A DNA stretch of 64,000 bases from Candidatus Omnitrophota bacterium (GCA_041650835.1 JBAZKL010000002.1:338472-402471), one strand, 5' to 3'; positions 37,854-47,233 are shown, counted from the stretch's first letter. Made by a program: numbers and translations. Notes: a model not told the origin generated them from the sequence alone.

Positions 37854-38954
37854 ATGAAGACTGCCACCGTCAATTTACCTCAACGACCCTATTCCATTAT
37901 AAGCGGGGGACATATCATCCCTCATTTGGGGGCTCACTTAAAGAGGCTCAAGATCGGCAACGACGCCTACATTATTACCAACTCACTCATCGAACATAAA
38001 TACGGCAAGCTGATAGAAGAAGCATTGCGCAAAGAAGGTTTCACCGTAAAATTCAAATGCGTCAGAGACACGGAAAAAAGCAAATCACTCAAAACAGCCG
38101 CGCATGTTTTAAATAACCTGGCTTTTTATGATAAGAAAAGATCGATATTTATCGTCGCGTTAGGGGGAGGGGTCATCGGCGACTTATCCGGGTTTATCGC
38201 CTCTATTTATAAAAGAGGGGTCCCGTATATCAATATCCCTACCACGCTTTTAGCGCAGATCGATTCAAGTATCGGAGGCAAAACGGCAGTTGACCTGGAA
38301 GCCGGGAAGAATTTAGTCGGTTCTTTTTATCAGCCCCGGCTGGTCTTCAGCGATATCAGCTTTCTTTCCTCGCTCGATCAACGACAGATCCGCGCCGGCC
38401 TGGCTGAAGTGATAAAATACGGGATTATCGGGGATGAAGCATTATTCCGCTACCTGGAAAAGAACTGCGGGCGCTTGCTCGCGCGGGATGTCTCGGCCCT
38501 GGAATTTATCGTCAAACGCTGCAGCGCCATTAAAGCGGGCATCATAGAGCAGGATGAATATGAGACCAAAGGCATCCGTACGGTCCTCAATTTCGGACAT
38601 ACCATAGGGCATGCGCTTGAAGCAGCCGCTCATTTTAATAAATATAACCACGGAGAAGCAATAGCGCTCGGAATGCTCGTTGCTTCAGAAATAAGCAGTT
38701 TGCTCGGATTGATCACTGCTGCTTCCGTAAACAGGATCGAAAAGCTCTTAAGTGAGGCCGGCCTGCCGGTAAGGATCACAGGTATCGCGATGAATGATAT
38801 CCTGCGCGTCCATTACCGCGATAAGAAATTCAGCGGCACCCGGAATAAATTCGTTCTCATAGAAGGAATAGGAAAAGTTATTATAAAGCAGGATATACCT
38901 TTGGAAGTAATAAAGCAGGCACTGCAGAAAAGATCGGCGCGTTATTTCGCGTAG
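37854..38954 (+). CDS. aroB: 3-dehydroquinate synthase
   Basis: GGGVIGDLSGFIA…GGKTAVD…NFGHTIGHALE motifs. Confidence 0.9.
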   Translation: MKTATVNLPQRPYSIISGGHIIPHLGAHLKRLKIGNDAYIITNSLIEHKYGKLIEEALRKEGFTVKFKCVRDTEKSKSLKTAAHVLNNLAFYDKKRSIFIVALGGGVIGDLSGFIASIYKRGVPYINIPTTLLAQIDSSIGGKTAVDLEAGKNLVGSFYQPRLVFSDISFLSSLDQRQIRAGLAEVIKYGIIGDEALFRYLEKNCGRLLARDVSALEFIVKRCSAIKAGIIEQDEYETKGIRTVLNFGHTIGHALEAAAHFNKYNHGEAIALGMLVASEISSLLGLITAASVNRIEKLLSEAGLPVRITGIAMNDILRVHYRDKKFSGTRNKFVLIEGIGKVIIKQDIPLEVIKQALQKRSARYFA

Positions 38955-39466
38955 GTGTATATTTTAACCGTTGAACCGTTAATACTCAGGTCAACCTCAT
39001 CCAGTGTAATTCTCTGAATTACCGCCCCTTCGATAGAATCGCCTTCTTTCACGATATGATTATTAATAAGCGCAAACCCTTCATTACCCGAGAAAAAAAC
39101 ACCATTTAAAGCAAAACCTGACGCGTCAGGCGTTTCGGAAGACGGCCGCGCGGGCACTTTCATTGTTTCTTTCGCCGCAGGGACAGCAATGGCGGCAGGC
39201 GGCGTTTTCGCTTGTTTTACCGCAGAATTCCGGAATGCCGGTAAAGAAATATTTTTCTCTACCGCCTTTTCTTGGCGCGGCTGCTTAGAAAAATGAGCAT
39301 TTATAAACGAGTACGCTGTTTTTGCCGTCAAAAACCCCAGGCAGCCGACAATAACATAAACAAGGGGGAGGGTCAGGTCGCGTTTTGGCTTCACTCCGGA
39401 AGGCGCATCTGTTTTTTGTTCCCGCGATTGTTCGACTTTTTTAAGAGCGTCATTGATAATACTCAT
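38942..39466 (-). CDS. GspB/ExeB-like general secretion pathway protein
   Basis: MSIINDALKK N-terminus, single TM, C-terminal GVFFSGNEGFALINNHIVKEGDSI; partner of the adjacent ExeA-like ATPase. Confidence 0.6.
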   Translation of the reverse strand: MSIINDALKKVEQSREQKTDAPSGVKPKRDLTLPLVYVIVGCLGFLTAKTAYSFINAHFSKQPRQEKAVEKNISLPAFRNSAVKQAKTPPAAIAVPAAKETMKVPARPSSETPDASGFALNGVFFSGNEGFALINNHIVKEGDSIEGAVIQRITLDEVDLSINGSTVKIYTYAK

Positions 39467-40338
39467 GGGTTTATGTCCTCAACGGCCAGCGAAGGCGCGA
39501 TCGCGTTCGTGTCCCGGGCATTCCCGCAGACACAATACGTATCCATTTCCTGCCGGCACTTGTTTATAATACCTGCGTTAATCTCATTGGTTTCTGCGAC
39601 GAAACCGGCCAACAAAGCACGGTCACAAAGAATATTAATGAGCCGCGGCGTGCCCGCGGAGAATTCCGTAATAGATCTAACCGCGTCGTCGGTAAATACT
39701 ATCCCGCCGTCATGCCCGGATATATTCAAACGATGCATAATATAATTCCTCGTTTCTAAAGCATCCAACGGAATAATATGGTAGCGCACCATGATCCGCT
39801 GGCGCAGCTGGCGTAACTCATAAAGGTTCAATTTCTGATTAAGCTCCGGCTGCCCGACTAAAATAATCTGGATCAACTTATCTTTTTCAGTCTCTAAGTT
39901 CGATAAAAGCCTGATCTGCTCTAACTGTGAAGGTTTGAGGTTCTGCGCTTCATCGATTATTAAAACGACATTATTATCCAGCTTCACCTGGCTCAAGAGG
40001 AACTTATTCAATTCGGAAATAAAGCCCAGTTTGGTTTTATTCCGGGCCTTAAGGCCGAAATCATTAATGATAGCTTCCAATAACTGTAATTCCGAAAGGC
40101 TGGGGTTTAGAATAAAGGCGGTTTTTACCCGGTCTCCTAATTTATCAAGAAAAAACCGGCATAAAGTAGTCTTACCAGTCCCGATCTCACCGGTAATTAC
40201 TGAAATCCCTTTACGCTGGCTGACACCGTAGAGGAGATGAGAAAAGGCTTCTTTGTGCTCTTTGCTTAAGAAAAAAAAGGAAGGATCAGAAGTAACATTG
40301 AACGGGCGTTCTCGTAAACCGTAGAATTTACAATACAT
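39463..40338 (-). CDS. ExeA/GspA-like AAA_22 ATPase
   Basis: MYCKFYGLRERPF N-terminus (compare ExeA MY…FGL…PF), Walker A GEIGTGKTT, Walker B VLIIDEAQN. ORF trimmed to ATG 40338. Confidence 0.7.
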   Translation of the reverse strand: MYCKFYGLRERPFNVTSDPSFFFLSKEHKEAFSHLLYGVSQRKGISVITGEIGTGKTTLCRFFLDKLGDRVKTAFILNPSLSELQLLEAIINDFGLKARNKTKLGFISELNKFLLSQVKLDNNVVLIIDEAQNLKPSQLEQIRLLSNLETEKDKLIQIILVGQPELNQKLNLYELRQLRQRIMVRYHIIPLDALETRNYIMHRLNISGHDGGIVFTDDAVRSITEFSAGTPRLINILCDRALLAGFVAETNEINAGIINKCRQEMDTYCVCGNARDTNAIAPSLAVEDINP

Positions 40339-40513
40339 AGTTGTATTATAACAAAGATATCTATTTTGTAAAGATAGAAGTAGGTTAGCGCAGAAGGCGC
40401 TACACCCCGCGCAAATTTTCTCCGGTATCACTATTGACAAATAGAATTTATGTGTTATAATTATCAAATAAGAGCAAGAAGCCACGGCTTACTCAAGCGA
40501 AAAAAAGGTAAGT

Positions 40514-40855
40514 ATGGCATTATTTTCACGCGAAAAAAGACAATCCGCACGGATAAAATTTTCTAGCCCTTTGCGTTACCAAATCAGAGGAAATTCCGTC
40601 GTTAATAATGCGGTGGGAGATAATATCAGTCTGGGTGGAATGGCTTTTATAAATGAAACCGGCCTTCCTCGCTCATCGACGGTAATGCTGGAATTTAATA
40701 TATTATCGCAGATAATCAAACCGGTAGGCCAGGTCATAAGGGCAACGCCATTACCGCATTCTGACCGATACCGGTTAGGAATAGAATTTATTGAGATGGA
40801 TCCGAACCAAAAAAACTATCTTGAAAAATATTTAAAAATGATAGCGCAAGCTTAA
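40514..40855 (+). CDS. PilZ-domain protein
   Basis: RxxxR…D/NxSxGG pattern: RQSARIKF…GDNISLGGMAF. Confidence 0.7.
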   Translation: MALFSREKRQSARIKFSSPLRYQIRGNSVVNNAVGDNISLGGMAFINETGLPRSSTVMLEFNILSQIIKPVGQVIRATPLPHSDRYRLGIEFIEMDPNQKNYLEKYLKMIAQA

Positions 40856-40875
40856 AGGGAGGTTAATTAATTAAA

Positions 40876-41070
40876 ATGTCTGCTCAAGAAACCAAAAAGG
40901 AAGGCGCGGCAAGCGCGGAAGCTAAACCGGTAGAAGAAAAACAAACAAATTGCCTGTCGTGTAACAAACAGCTCAAGAAAATCAAACGTTATTATCGTAA
41001 CAACAAATTTTATTGCAGCAAGAAATGCTGGTTAAAAGTAACCAAAAAAGCCACAGAAGAGGCAAAATGA
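40876..41070 (+). CDS. YacG-like zinc-ribbon small protein
   Basis: CLSCNKQ…(19 aa)…YCSKKCW resembles the YacG CxxC…FCSKRC motif. Confidence 0.4.
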   Translation: MSAQETKKEGAASAEAKPVEEKQTNCLSCNKQLKKIKRYYRNNKFYCSKKCWLKVTKKATEEAK

Positions 41071-41438
41071 GTAAATCCTCCAAAAGCGAACGCAGGCTTT
41101 ATCCCAGGCTTCAACAAGAGCTCCCGCTTAAAGTGATCGCCAACGGCTATGATTTCGCGACTCAAACTCAAAACATCAGTTGTGTCGGGGCATATTGCCA
41201 TATTAATAAATATGTTCCGCCTTTTACGAAAGTTATGATCACCGTAAGCCTTCCGGCATCAAAGAACAACAAGAATAAAACTAATACTGTCGAATGTAAA
41301 GGTGTGATCGTACGCACGGAAGATGAAGCAAAAGGCGGTTATAATATTGCCATATTCTTTAACGGTATTCAGGAAACCCCGCGCAAGAAAATCACGGAAT
41401 ATATTAACCAGATCTTACCTGAGAGTACTCTCGCGTAA
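41067..41438 (+). CDS. PilZ-domain protein
   Basis: RRLYPRL…QNISCVGAY PilZ motifs. Track ORF trimmed to ATG 41067 (4-nt overlap with the upstream gene). Confidence 0.65.
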   Translation: MSKSSKSERRLYPRLQQELPLKVIANGYDFATQTQNISCVGAYCHINKYVPPFTKVMITVSLPASKNNKNKTNTVECKGVIVRTEDEAKGGYNIAIFFNGIQETPRKKITEYINQILPESTLA

Positions 41439-41519
41439 AACGCTTTACAATCAATCGTTCTTCCCGCCTGGTAAATTATTACTCCTTGAGCACGAGCTAA
41501 ATTCTCAAATACAGGTATA

Positions 41520-41690
41520 GATTTCCATAAAAACAGGTATGGTACTTAAGTATAAATTCTAAAGATTAAAGAATAAAATAAATTCAAAGGTTAAATAACA
41601 AATTTTAAGATTACCTGCCTGCCGACAGGCAGGAACCTTGGAACTTTAAGCTTGCTTTGTTATTTATTCTTGTACCTTTATACTTAAAAA
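41520..41690. repeat. AT-rich palindromic intergenic repeat, copy 2 (with central GC hairpin cctgcctg-ccga-caggcagg)
   Basis: Shares taaagattaaaga…aaaggttaaataacaaattttaagattacctgcc…gcaggaacctt…tttgttatttat with the copy at 49455-49620. A long imperfect palindrome overall. Confidence 0.5.
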
Positions 41691-41691
41691 T

Positions 41692-42234
41692 ATGGGGCTC
41701 ATTCGAAAACCGCATTCGGTAAAACTTATTATCGGTTTTATTTTTCAAGACGAAGATATCTTGAACCTCGCTCAAAGAAGCCTCACAAGGCATTTTGGCC
41801 GGATCGACCATGAGAGCCAGATCCTGCCCTTTACCCAAACAGATTATTATCAAAAAGAGATCGGGAAAGACTTAAAACGAAAATTTATCAGTTTCAAGAA
41901 ACTCATCTTACCTTCCGGGATCGCAAAGATCAAGTTCATGACCAACCGCCTTGAAGAGCGGTTTTTACATGACGGAAAGCGCCGCATTAATATCGATCCG
42001 GGATACCTGGACATGGCAAAACTTGTCCTTGCTTCGACCAAAGATTATATGCACCGTATCTACCTGGACCGGGGCATATACGCAGAGATCACGCTTTATT
42101 ACCGAAAAAACTCGTTTAAAAGCTGGGAATGGACCTACCGGGACTATGCTACGGCAGAATACATATCCATTTTCAATACCATAAGAGAACTCTATGCCGG
42201 ACAAGTAAATCAAACATGTATCCATCATATTTAA
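41692..42234 (+). CDS. conserved hypothetical protein (possible DUF4416 family)
   Basis: 180-aa ORF immediately upstream of and overlapping a radical-SAM gene; assignment from memory of the family, low confidence. Confidence 0.35.
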   Translation: MGLIRKPHSVKLIIGFIFQDEDILNLAQRSLTRHFGRIDHESQILPFTQTDYYQKEIGKDLKRKFISFKKLILPSGIAKIKFMTNRLEERFLHDGKRRINIDPGYLDMAKLVLASTKDYMHRIYLDRGIYAEITLYYRKNSFKSWEWTYRDYATAEYISIFNTIRELYAGQVNQTCIHHI

Positions 42235-43193
42235 ACGCCTATCATAACGGATCTTTGCAGAAAATAACAGAATCGGCATTCGCGATGCTTGAAGCTTGCA
42301 GCCTTTGTCCGCGTAAATGCGGCGTCGATCGTTTAAAGGGAAGAACGGGATACTGTAAAACGGGGCTCTTGCCGCAAATATACAATTTTCTGGCGCATCA
42401 CGGAGAAGAACCGCCTCTTTCAGGTGAACACGGCTCAGGAACGATCTTCTTTTCGCGATGTACGATGAGCTGCGCTTACTGCCAGAATTTTGAATTCAGC
42501 CAGGAAGGAAAGGGCAAATCGTTTAGTTACGATGAGCTCGCTCAAATAATGCTCGATCTTCAGGACAGGGGGACTCACAACATCAATCTCGTAACGCCTA
42601 CTCATGTATTGCCGCAGATCTTAAAAGCGCTGCTCATAGCGGTTCCCCAAGGGCTCAAATTACCGCTGGTTTATAATACCAGCGGCTATGAACGGCCGGA
42701 GATCATAAAAATGCTGGCGGGGATCGTGGATATTTATCTGCCTGATATGCGTTACGCCGAAGCCAAGAATTCAAAGAAATATTCAAACGCTCCCGATTAT
42801 CCTAAATACAATCAGGCCGCGGTCAAGGAAATGCATGATCAAACAGGAACGGCCCGTTTTGATGAACACGGCATTATTAAACACGGGCTCATCATCCGGC
42901 ATCTGGTCTTGCCGGAAAATATCTCGGGAACCGAAAAAACCATGAAATTCATCGCTCAGGAAATATCGCCGGATACTTATATAAGCCTGATGAGCCAATA
43001 CCGCCCGTATTATAAAGCGGCCGCATTTAAAGACATTTCACGCCGGCTGACCTGTGAAGAATATGAATCAGCCCAAAAGATCATCCAGCGCCATGAATTA
43101 GAGAATGGCTGGATACAGGAGTCTTTTGGGTTAGAACGCTTTGCCGGTGTCAACATTAAGCCGGCAATGAAAGAAGGCAACCCGCAAATATAA
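42216..43193 (+). CDS. radical SAM enzyme (PFL-activase-like; AmmeMemoRadiSam-type)
   Basis: CPRKCGVD…RCTMSCAYCQN CxxxCxxC cluster motif. Trimmed to ATG 42216. Confidence 0.75.
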   Translation: MYPSYLNAYHNGSLQKITESAFAMLEACSLCPRKCGVDRLKGRTGYCKTGLLPQIYNFLAHHGEEPPLSGEHGSGTIFFSRCTMSCAYCQNFEFSQEGKGKSFSYDELAQIMLDLQDRGTHNINLVTPTHVLPQILKALLIAVPQGLKLPLVYNTSGYERPEIIKMLAGIVDIYLPDMRYAEAKNSKKYSNAPDYPKYNQAAVKEMHDQTGTARFDEHGIIKHGLIIRHLVLPENISGTEKTMKFIAQEISPDTYISLMSQYRPYYKAAAFKDISRRLTCEEYESAQKIIQRHELENGWIQESFGLERFAGVNIKPAMKEGNPQI

Positions 43194-43202
43194 GGACAAG
43201 AA

Positions 43203-43691
43203 ATGCCCGCAAAAAACGGCAACAATAAACTCTCGCGATTCCTGAAATTAGTTTATTTAAAGATTTTCAGGATCAATGACACACCACAAAAAATAGCTCT
43301 GGGGTTCGGATTAGGCGTTTTTACGGGGATCATGCCCGGCATCGGCCCATTTGCGGCTTTAACCTTTGCGATCATTCTTCGCGTAAACCGCGCGAGCGCT
43401 CTTTTAGGAAGTTTTTTGACCAACACCTGGTTAAGCCTGGTAACATTCCTCTTGTCGGTCAAAATAGGCTCATGTTTGATCGGCGTACCCTGGCAAGAAG
43501 TCCAACAGCAATGGATGGAAATATTTAAAGACTTTCATTGGCAAGAGTTGTTACGGTTAACGGCCCTTGAGATCATTCTCCCGGTACTCCTCGGCTATTT
43601 GTTCATTGCGTTCATACTGGCACTTATGGTTTACGCCGCGGTATTACTTATTTTGAACCGAAGAAAAATCAGATCAAGAGCACAAAAATAA
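43203..43691 (+). CDS. DUF2062-family membrane protein
   Basis: IALGFGLGVFTGIMPG motif and multiple TM segments. Confidence 0.55.
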   Translation: MPAKNGNNKLSRFLKLVYLKIFRINDTPQKIALGFGLGVFTGIMPGIGPFAALTFAIILRVNRASALLGSFLTNTWLSLVTFLLSVKIGSCLIGVPWQEVQQQWMEIFKDFHWQELLRLTALEIILPVLLGYLFIAFILALMVYAAVLLILNRRKIRSRAQK

Positions 43692-43701
43692 AGGATAAAA
43701 T

Positions 43702-44424
43702 ATGAGACTCTACGGAAAAAGATCAGTCACGGAAAGAATGCACACACACCCCAAAACAATAAAACGGATCTACCTGCAAGAAAAGATATTGCGCCCTGAA
43801 GTAGTTGCCATGGCACGCAAACACCATATTTTCGTCGAGACACTCACCGAGAAAAGATTTCTCCAGCTTGCCCAGAAAGTCAACGCTCAAGGGGTCATGG
43901 CGGAGATCGATGATTTTCCATACGCTGACCTCGAAGATGTTATCGCTCAGGAATCAAAACCGACATTAATTTGCCTTGACCGGATCAATGACCCGCAGAA
44001 TTTAGGAGTTATCTTGCGTAATTGCGCCTGTTTTGGCAACTTTTGTATTGTGTTACCCAAGAGAGAGACCGTTGAAATCACGGAAGCGGTCTTAAAAGTC
44101 GCCTGCGGAGCAGAAAATTACGTTCCGGTCTGCCAGGTCAACACCTTGAGCATGGTTATCCAAAAAGCGAAAGAAGCAGGCTACTGGATAGGCGCAACCG
44201 TTGTTAATGGCGGGGAGGATCCCAGAAAAGTCAACCTCAACTTTCCCCTTTGCCTTGTATTCGGCTCAGAAGGAGAGGGGATACGAACCGGATTGATCAA
44301 ACATATTGATTATTCCTTAACCCTGCCTATGCATGGGGCGGGGCTTTCATTTAATGTCGCTATGGCAGTCGGCATATTCTGCTATGAAATAACATGCCAA
44401 AGGAGCGATAATGCCCGGAAATAA
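43702..44424 (+). CDS. rlmB: TrmH/SpoU-family 23S rRNA 2'-O-methyltransferase (RlmB-like)
   Basis: SpoU_sub_bind N-region and SPOUT motifs (LVFGSEGEGI…LNVAMAV). Confidence 0.75.
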   Translation: MRLYGKRSVTERMHTHPKTIKRIYLQEKILRPEVVAMARKHHIFVETLTEKRFLQLAQKVNAQGVMAEIDDFPYADLEDVIAQESKPTLICLDRINDPQNLGVILRNCACFGNFCIVLPKRETVEITEAVLKVACGAENYVPVCQVNTLSMVIQKAKEAGYWIGATVVNGGEDPRKVNLNFPLCLVFGSEGEGIRTGLIKHIDYSLTLPMHGAGLSFNVAMAVGIFCYEITCQRSDNARK

Positions 44425-44995
44425 ACCTTCCCAAAATGTTATTTCTTTTCTCGCGGAAGCCGGACAGCTTAAGCGCGTAAAAAGGAGCGGATGGTGGGTC
44501 GTTGGCATCAAAGACCCTGAAAGCGTAGCTGAACATTCTTTCCGCTGCGCGGTCATCGGCTATTTGCTCGCGAAGATGGAAAAGATTGATCCTCAACCGG
44601 TATTACTCACGACACTTTTTCATGACATGCATGAAGCGCGTATCAATGATTCTCATAAAGTAAGCAGCCGTTATATTGACTTTAAAAAAATAGAACCCAA
44701 GGTCTCCCGGGAACAATTAAAGCTGCTCACCGTTGCAATAGCCCGTGAATTAACCGAGATACTGGAAAAATATCACACCCAGAGCTCAAAAGAAGCGATC
44801 ATTGCCAGGGACGCCGATATCCTTGAATGCGCGCTTCAGGCAAAAGAATACCTGGAATTCGGCTTTAAACAGGCAAGAAACTTTCTTAAAATAGGGAAAT
44901 TCCTCAAAACAAGATCCGCGCGACAGCTATTTAAACAGATCCTCGCTATGGAGTCAAAAGACTGGTGGCTGCATTTAACGAACTTCCAAAGGTAA
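44411..44995 (+). CDS. HD-domain hydrolase (YfbR-like 5'-deoxynucleotidase family)
   Basis: VAEHSFR…LFHDMHEARINDSHK HD motif. Confidence 0.75.
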   Translation: MPGNKPSQNVISFLAEAGQLKRVKRSGWWVVGIKDPESVAEHSFRCAVIGYLLAKMEKIDPQPVLLTTLFHDMHEARINDSHKVSSRYIDFKKIEPKVSREQLKLLTVAIARELTEILEKYHTQSSKEAIIARDADILECALQAKEYLEFGFKQARNFLKIGKFLKTRSARQLFKQILAMESKDWWLHLTNFQR

Positions 44996-45173
44996 TATAC
45001 ACGCTCCTGAAAACACAGAAGACAAACAGCGTAAAAAAAGTTCACGTATGACAAGTTCAACATGAAAACGCGCGGGTTATCATTGGTACTTGACAAAAGC
45101 CAGACCCATAATATAATAAACGCGTTGTTTTATACTGTTGGAAGAAGTAAACAAGCCACCCAAAGGAGGAGAA

Positions 45174-46349
45174 ATGAAACAAAAAGTAGCGGTCAGGATA
45201 CTTTTGTGCTGTCTTTTACTCGTCTTATGTTGTAGTCCAGTGTTTGCGCAAATCAAGATCGGCGCGATCATGGATGAAAGCGGCAAGACTGCCGATGTCG
45301 GCTTACCGATGGCATGGGGGATCCAGGATTACATCACCTATCTCAATGATCACGGTGGTATCAACTCCCAAAAAATAGAACTGCTTTTAGAAGATGAAAA
45401 GTATGATGCCACCATAGCAAGAAACGCTTACATAAAGATTAGAAACGCTGGGGCAATCGCGATCTTAGGCTGGAGCACGGGAGCATCAAAAAGTTTACTT
45501 CCTGAAATCAATGCCAATAAAATCTGCTGGTTTTCAGCATCCATGGATGAAGGGCTTATTAACCCGGTCAGAGCCTATAATTTTATTCCCGGAGCTACCT
45601 ATACGCAACAATTCAACGCATTACTGCAATATGCGGCTGAACATCCCAAACAAATGAACGCGAAAGTCAAAGTAGCCATTATATACAACACTTCACCTTT
45701 TGGAATATCGGCATTAGAGTCTGGCACGGCAAAAGCCGCCGCATTAGGCCTTGACTTGGTCGCAAAAGAAATCGTAGAACTCAGCGCCACTGATGTAACA
45801 GAACAGATTGAAAGAATAAAGGCTCTTAACCCCGATTACGTTATCATCCAGGAAACAGGGGCCCCTACAATCAAGATCATCAATGGTTGCTTTAAAGCAG
45901 GGTTTAAGACGACTATTATGGGTACATTCTATTCCGGTGATGAAAGTGTGATAAAAAACTCCACAGAAGCGTTAAGTAATGGCGTGGAACTTATCGTCAC
46001 AAGCGTCTATAGCCGTTGGTATGAAACCAATGTGCCGGGAATGAAAGAAATCAAAGAATTTACCGCGAAGAACAGGGCTGATCTTAAAGAAATACCGGTC
46101 ACCTATATTCAAGGCTGGATCATGGCAAAGATATACGCTGAGGCATTAAAGAAAGCCGGAGATAATCCAACACGAGAGTCATTTCAGAATGCCCTGGAAT
46201 CATTGGATAATTTTGATACGGGTGGTTTAATGTATACCGTGGATTTCAGCGCTACCGACCATATTGCCGCAAACGGAGTAAAGATATTAAAAGCTGATGC
46301 CCAAACAGGGCGTTTTGCCCCTCTTACCGATTGGATTAAGATCAAATAA
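45174..46349 (+). CDS. ABC transporter substrate-binding protein (Leu/Ile/Val-binding, LivK-like family)
   Basis: AGGAGG RBS, signal peptide MKQKVAVRILLCCLLLVLCCSPVFA, Peripla_BP_6-like body. No cognate permease or ATPase adjacent. Confidence 0.75.
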   Translation: MKQKVAVRILLCCLLLVLCCSPVFAQIKIGAIMDESGKTADVGLPMAWGIQDYITYLNDHGGINSQKIELLLEDEKYDATIARNAYIKIRNAGAIAILGWSTGASKSLLPEINANKICWFSASMDEGLINPVRAYNFIPGATYTQQFNALLQYAAEHPKQMNAKVKVAIIYNTSPFGISALESGTAKAAALGLDLVAKEIVELSATDVTEQIERIKALNPDYVIIQETGAPTIKIINGCFKAGFKTTIMGTFYSGDESVIKNSTEALSNGVELIVTSVYSRWYETNVPGMKEIKEFTAKNRADLKEIPVTYIQGWIMAKIYAEALKKAGDNPTRESFQNALESLDNFDTGGLMYTVDFSATDHIAANGVKILKADAQTGRFAPLTDWIKIK

Positions 46350-46376
46350 ATCGGCAGGGGAGAGGAATTAAAGAAA

Positions 46377-46407
46377 AGGACACCCTTAAAAAGGTGTCCT
46401 TTTCTTT
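46377..46407 (+). terminator. rho-independent terminator
   Basis: aggacacc-cttaaaaa-ggtgtcct followed by tttcttt. Confidence 0.6.
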
Positions 46408-46411
46408 CTAC

Positions 46412-46440
46412 TTGACTACCACACATTTGTGTGGTAGTAT
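46412..46440 (+). promoter_or_regulatory. lexA promoter (TTGACT…TAGTAT) with an overlapping 22-bp perfect palindrome CTACCACACA-TT-TGTGTGGTAG (candidate LexA operator)
   Basis: The palindrome spans the -35/-10 spacer directly upstream of lexA (GTG 46478, AGGAG RBS). Confidence 0.5.
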
Positions 46441-46477
46441 ATGATCCATAGTCAATATTAATGATCAGGAGCCATAC

Positions 46478-47071
46478 GTGTCAAAAGAGCTTACTTTGAA
46501 ACAAAAGAAAGTATTGGATTTTATCAGTACCAGGATACGCGAGAATATACCGCCTACGATCCGGGAAATCGCCCAAAAATTAGGATTTTCATCAACCGGT
46601 ACCGTACGAGATTACCTCAACACACTTGAGAAAAAAGGCTATGTAAAGCGTACCAATAACAAATCCCGCGCTATTGAATTGTTACATATTTCACCAGGCA
46701 TTCCTATTGTAGGCAGCATTCCCGCAGGCAAGCCAGCTCTTGCATATGAAAATATTGAAGGCTATATCACCGATGACTTATTCCTGGGACGATTAAGCTT
46801 TGATGATGTTTTTGCGTTAAAAGTCAAAGGCGACAGCATGATCGATGCTGGCATTATGGATGGAGATATCGCCATCATTAAAAAGCAAACAACAGCGGAT
46901 AATTCTGATGTTGTGGCAGCATTATTTGAGGATAGTGAAGTAACCCTGAAAAGGCTCAAGATAAAAGAAAATAAAACCTTTCTAGAAGCCGCGAACAAAA
47001 ACTACGAACCTATTTACAAGCATTTCACGGTCATTGGGAAATTGATAACTATAGTAAGAAAATATATATAA
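46478..47071 (+). CDS. lexA: LexA repressor
   Basis: N-terminal winged HTH (IREIAQKLGFSSTGTVRDYLNTLEKKGY), Ala-Gly cleavage site (PAGKPALA), S24 Ser/Lys (VKGDSMIDAGI…AIIKK). Confidence 0.9.
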   Translation: MSKELTLKQKKVLDFISTRIRENIPPTIREIAQKLGFSSTGTVRDYLNTLEKKGYVKRTNNKSRAIELLHISPGIPIVGSIPAGKPALAYENIEGYITDDLFLGRLSFDDVFALKVKGDSMIDAGIMDGDIAIIKKQTTADNSDVVAALFEDSEVTLKRLKIKENKTFLEAANKNYEPIYKHFTVIGKLITIVRKYI

Positions 47072-47114
47072 TAGTCACAGGTCACAAGTAGTCCATAGTC
47101 GATAGTCCATAGTT
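47071..47114. repeat. short repeat 'tagtcacaggtcacaagtagtccatagtcgatagtccatagtt', copy 2, followed by a gtcattgcgaaa…gaagcaatc hairpin (47125-47162)
   Basis: Matches 5551-5590. The downstream hairpin is ccctgcgaagcaggg nested in cattgc…gcaat. Confidence 0.45.
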
Positions 47115-47233
47115 GCTTTCCCTGTCATTGCGAAACCCTGCGAAGCAGGGTTGAAGCAATCTTTTTAAATCCTGATATTCGGTGAACAGGGAATCGGAAG
47201 ATCTGGTACCAGAAAATTCGGAAAACAAGAGAC

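Noticed and set aside
47120-47233. Possible second LexA box upstream of the 104-aa ORF (ctggtaccag palindrome)
   Set aside because: The 10-bp palindrome does not resemble the lexA-promoter palindrome half-sites (TACCACA); probably coincidental.
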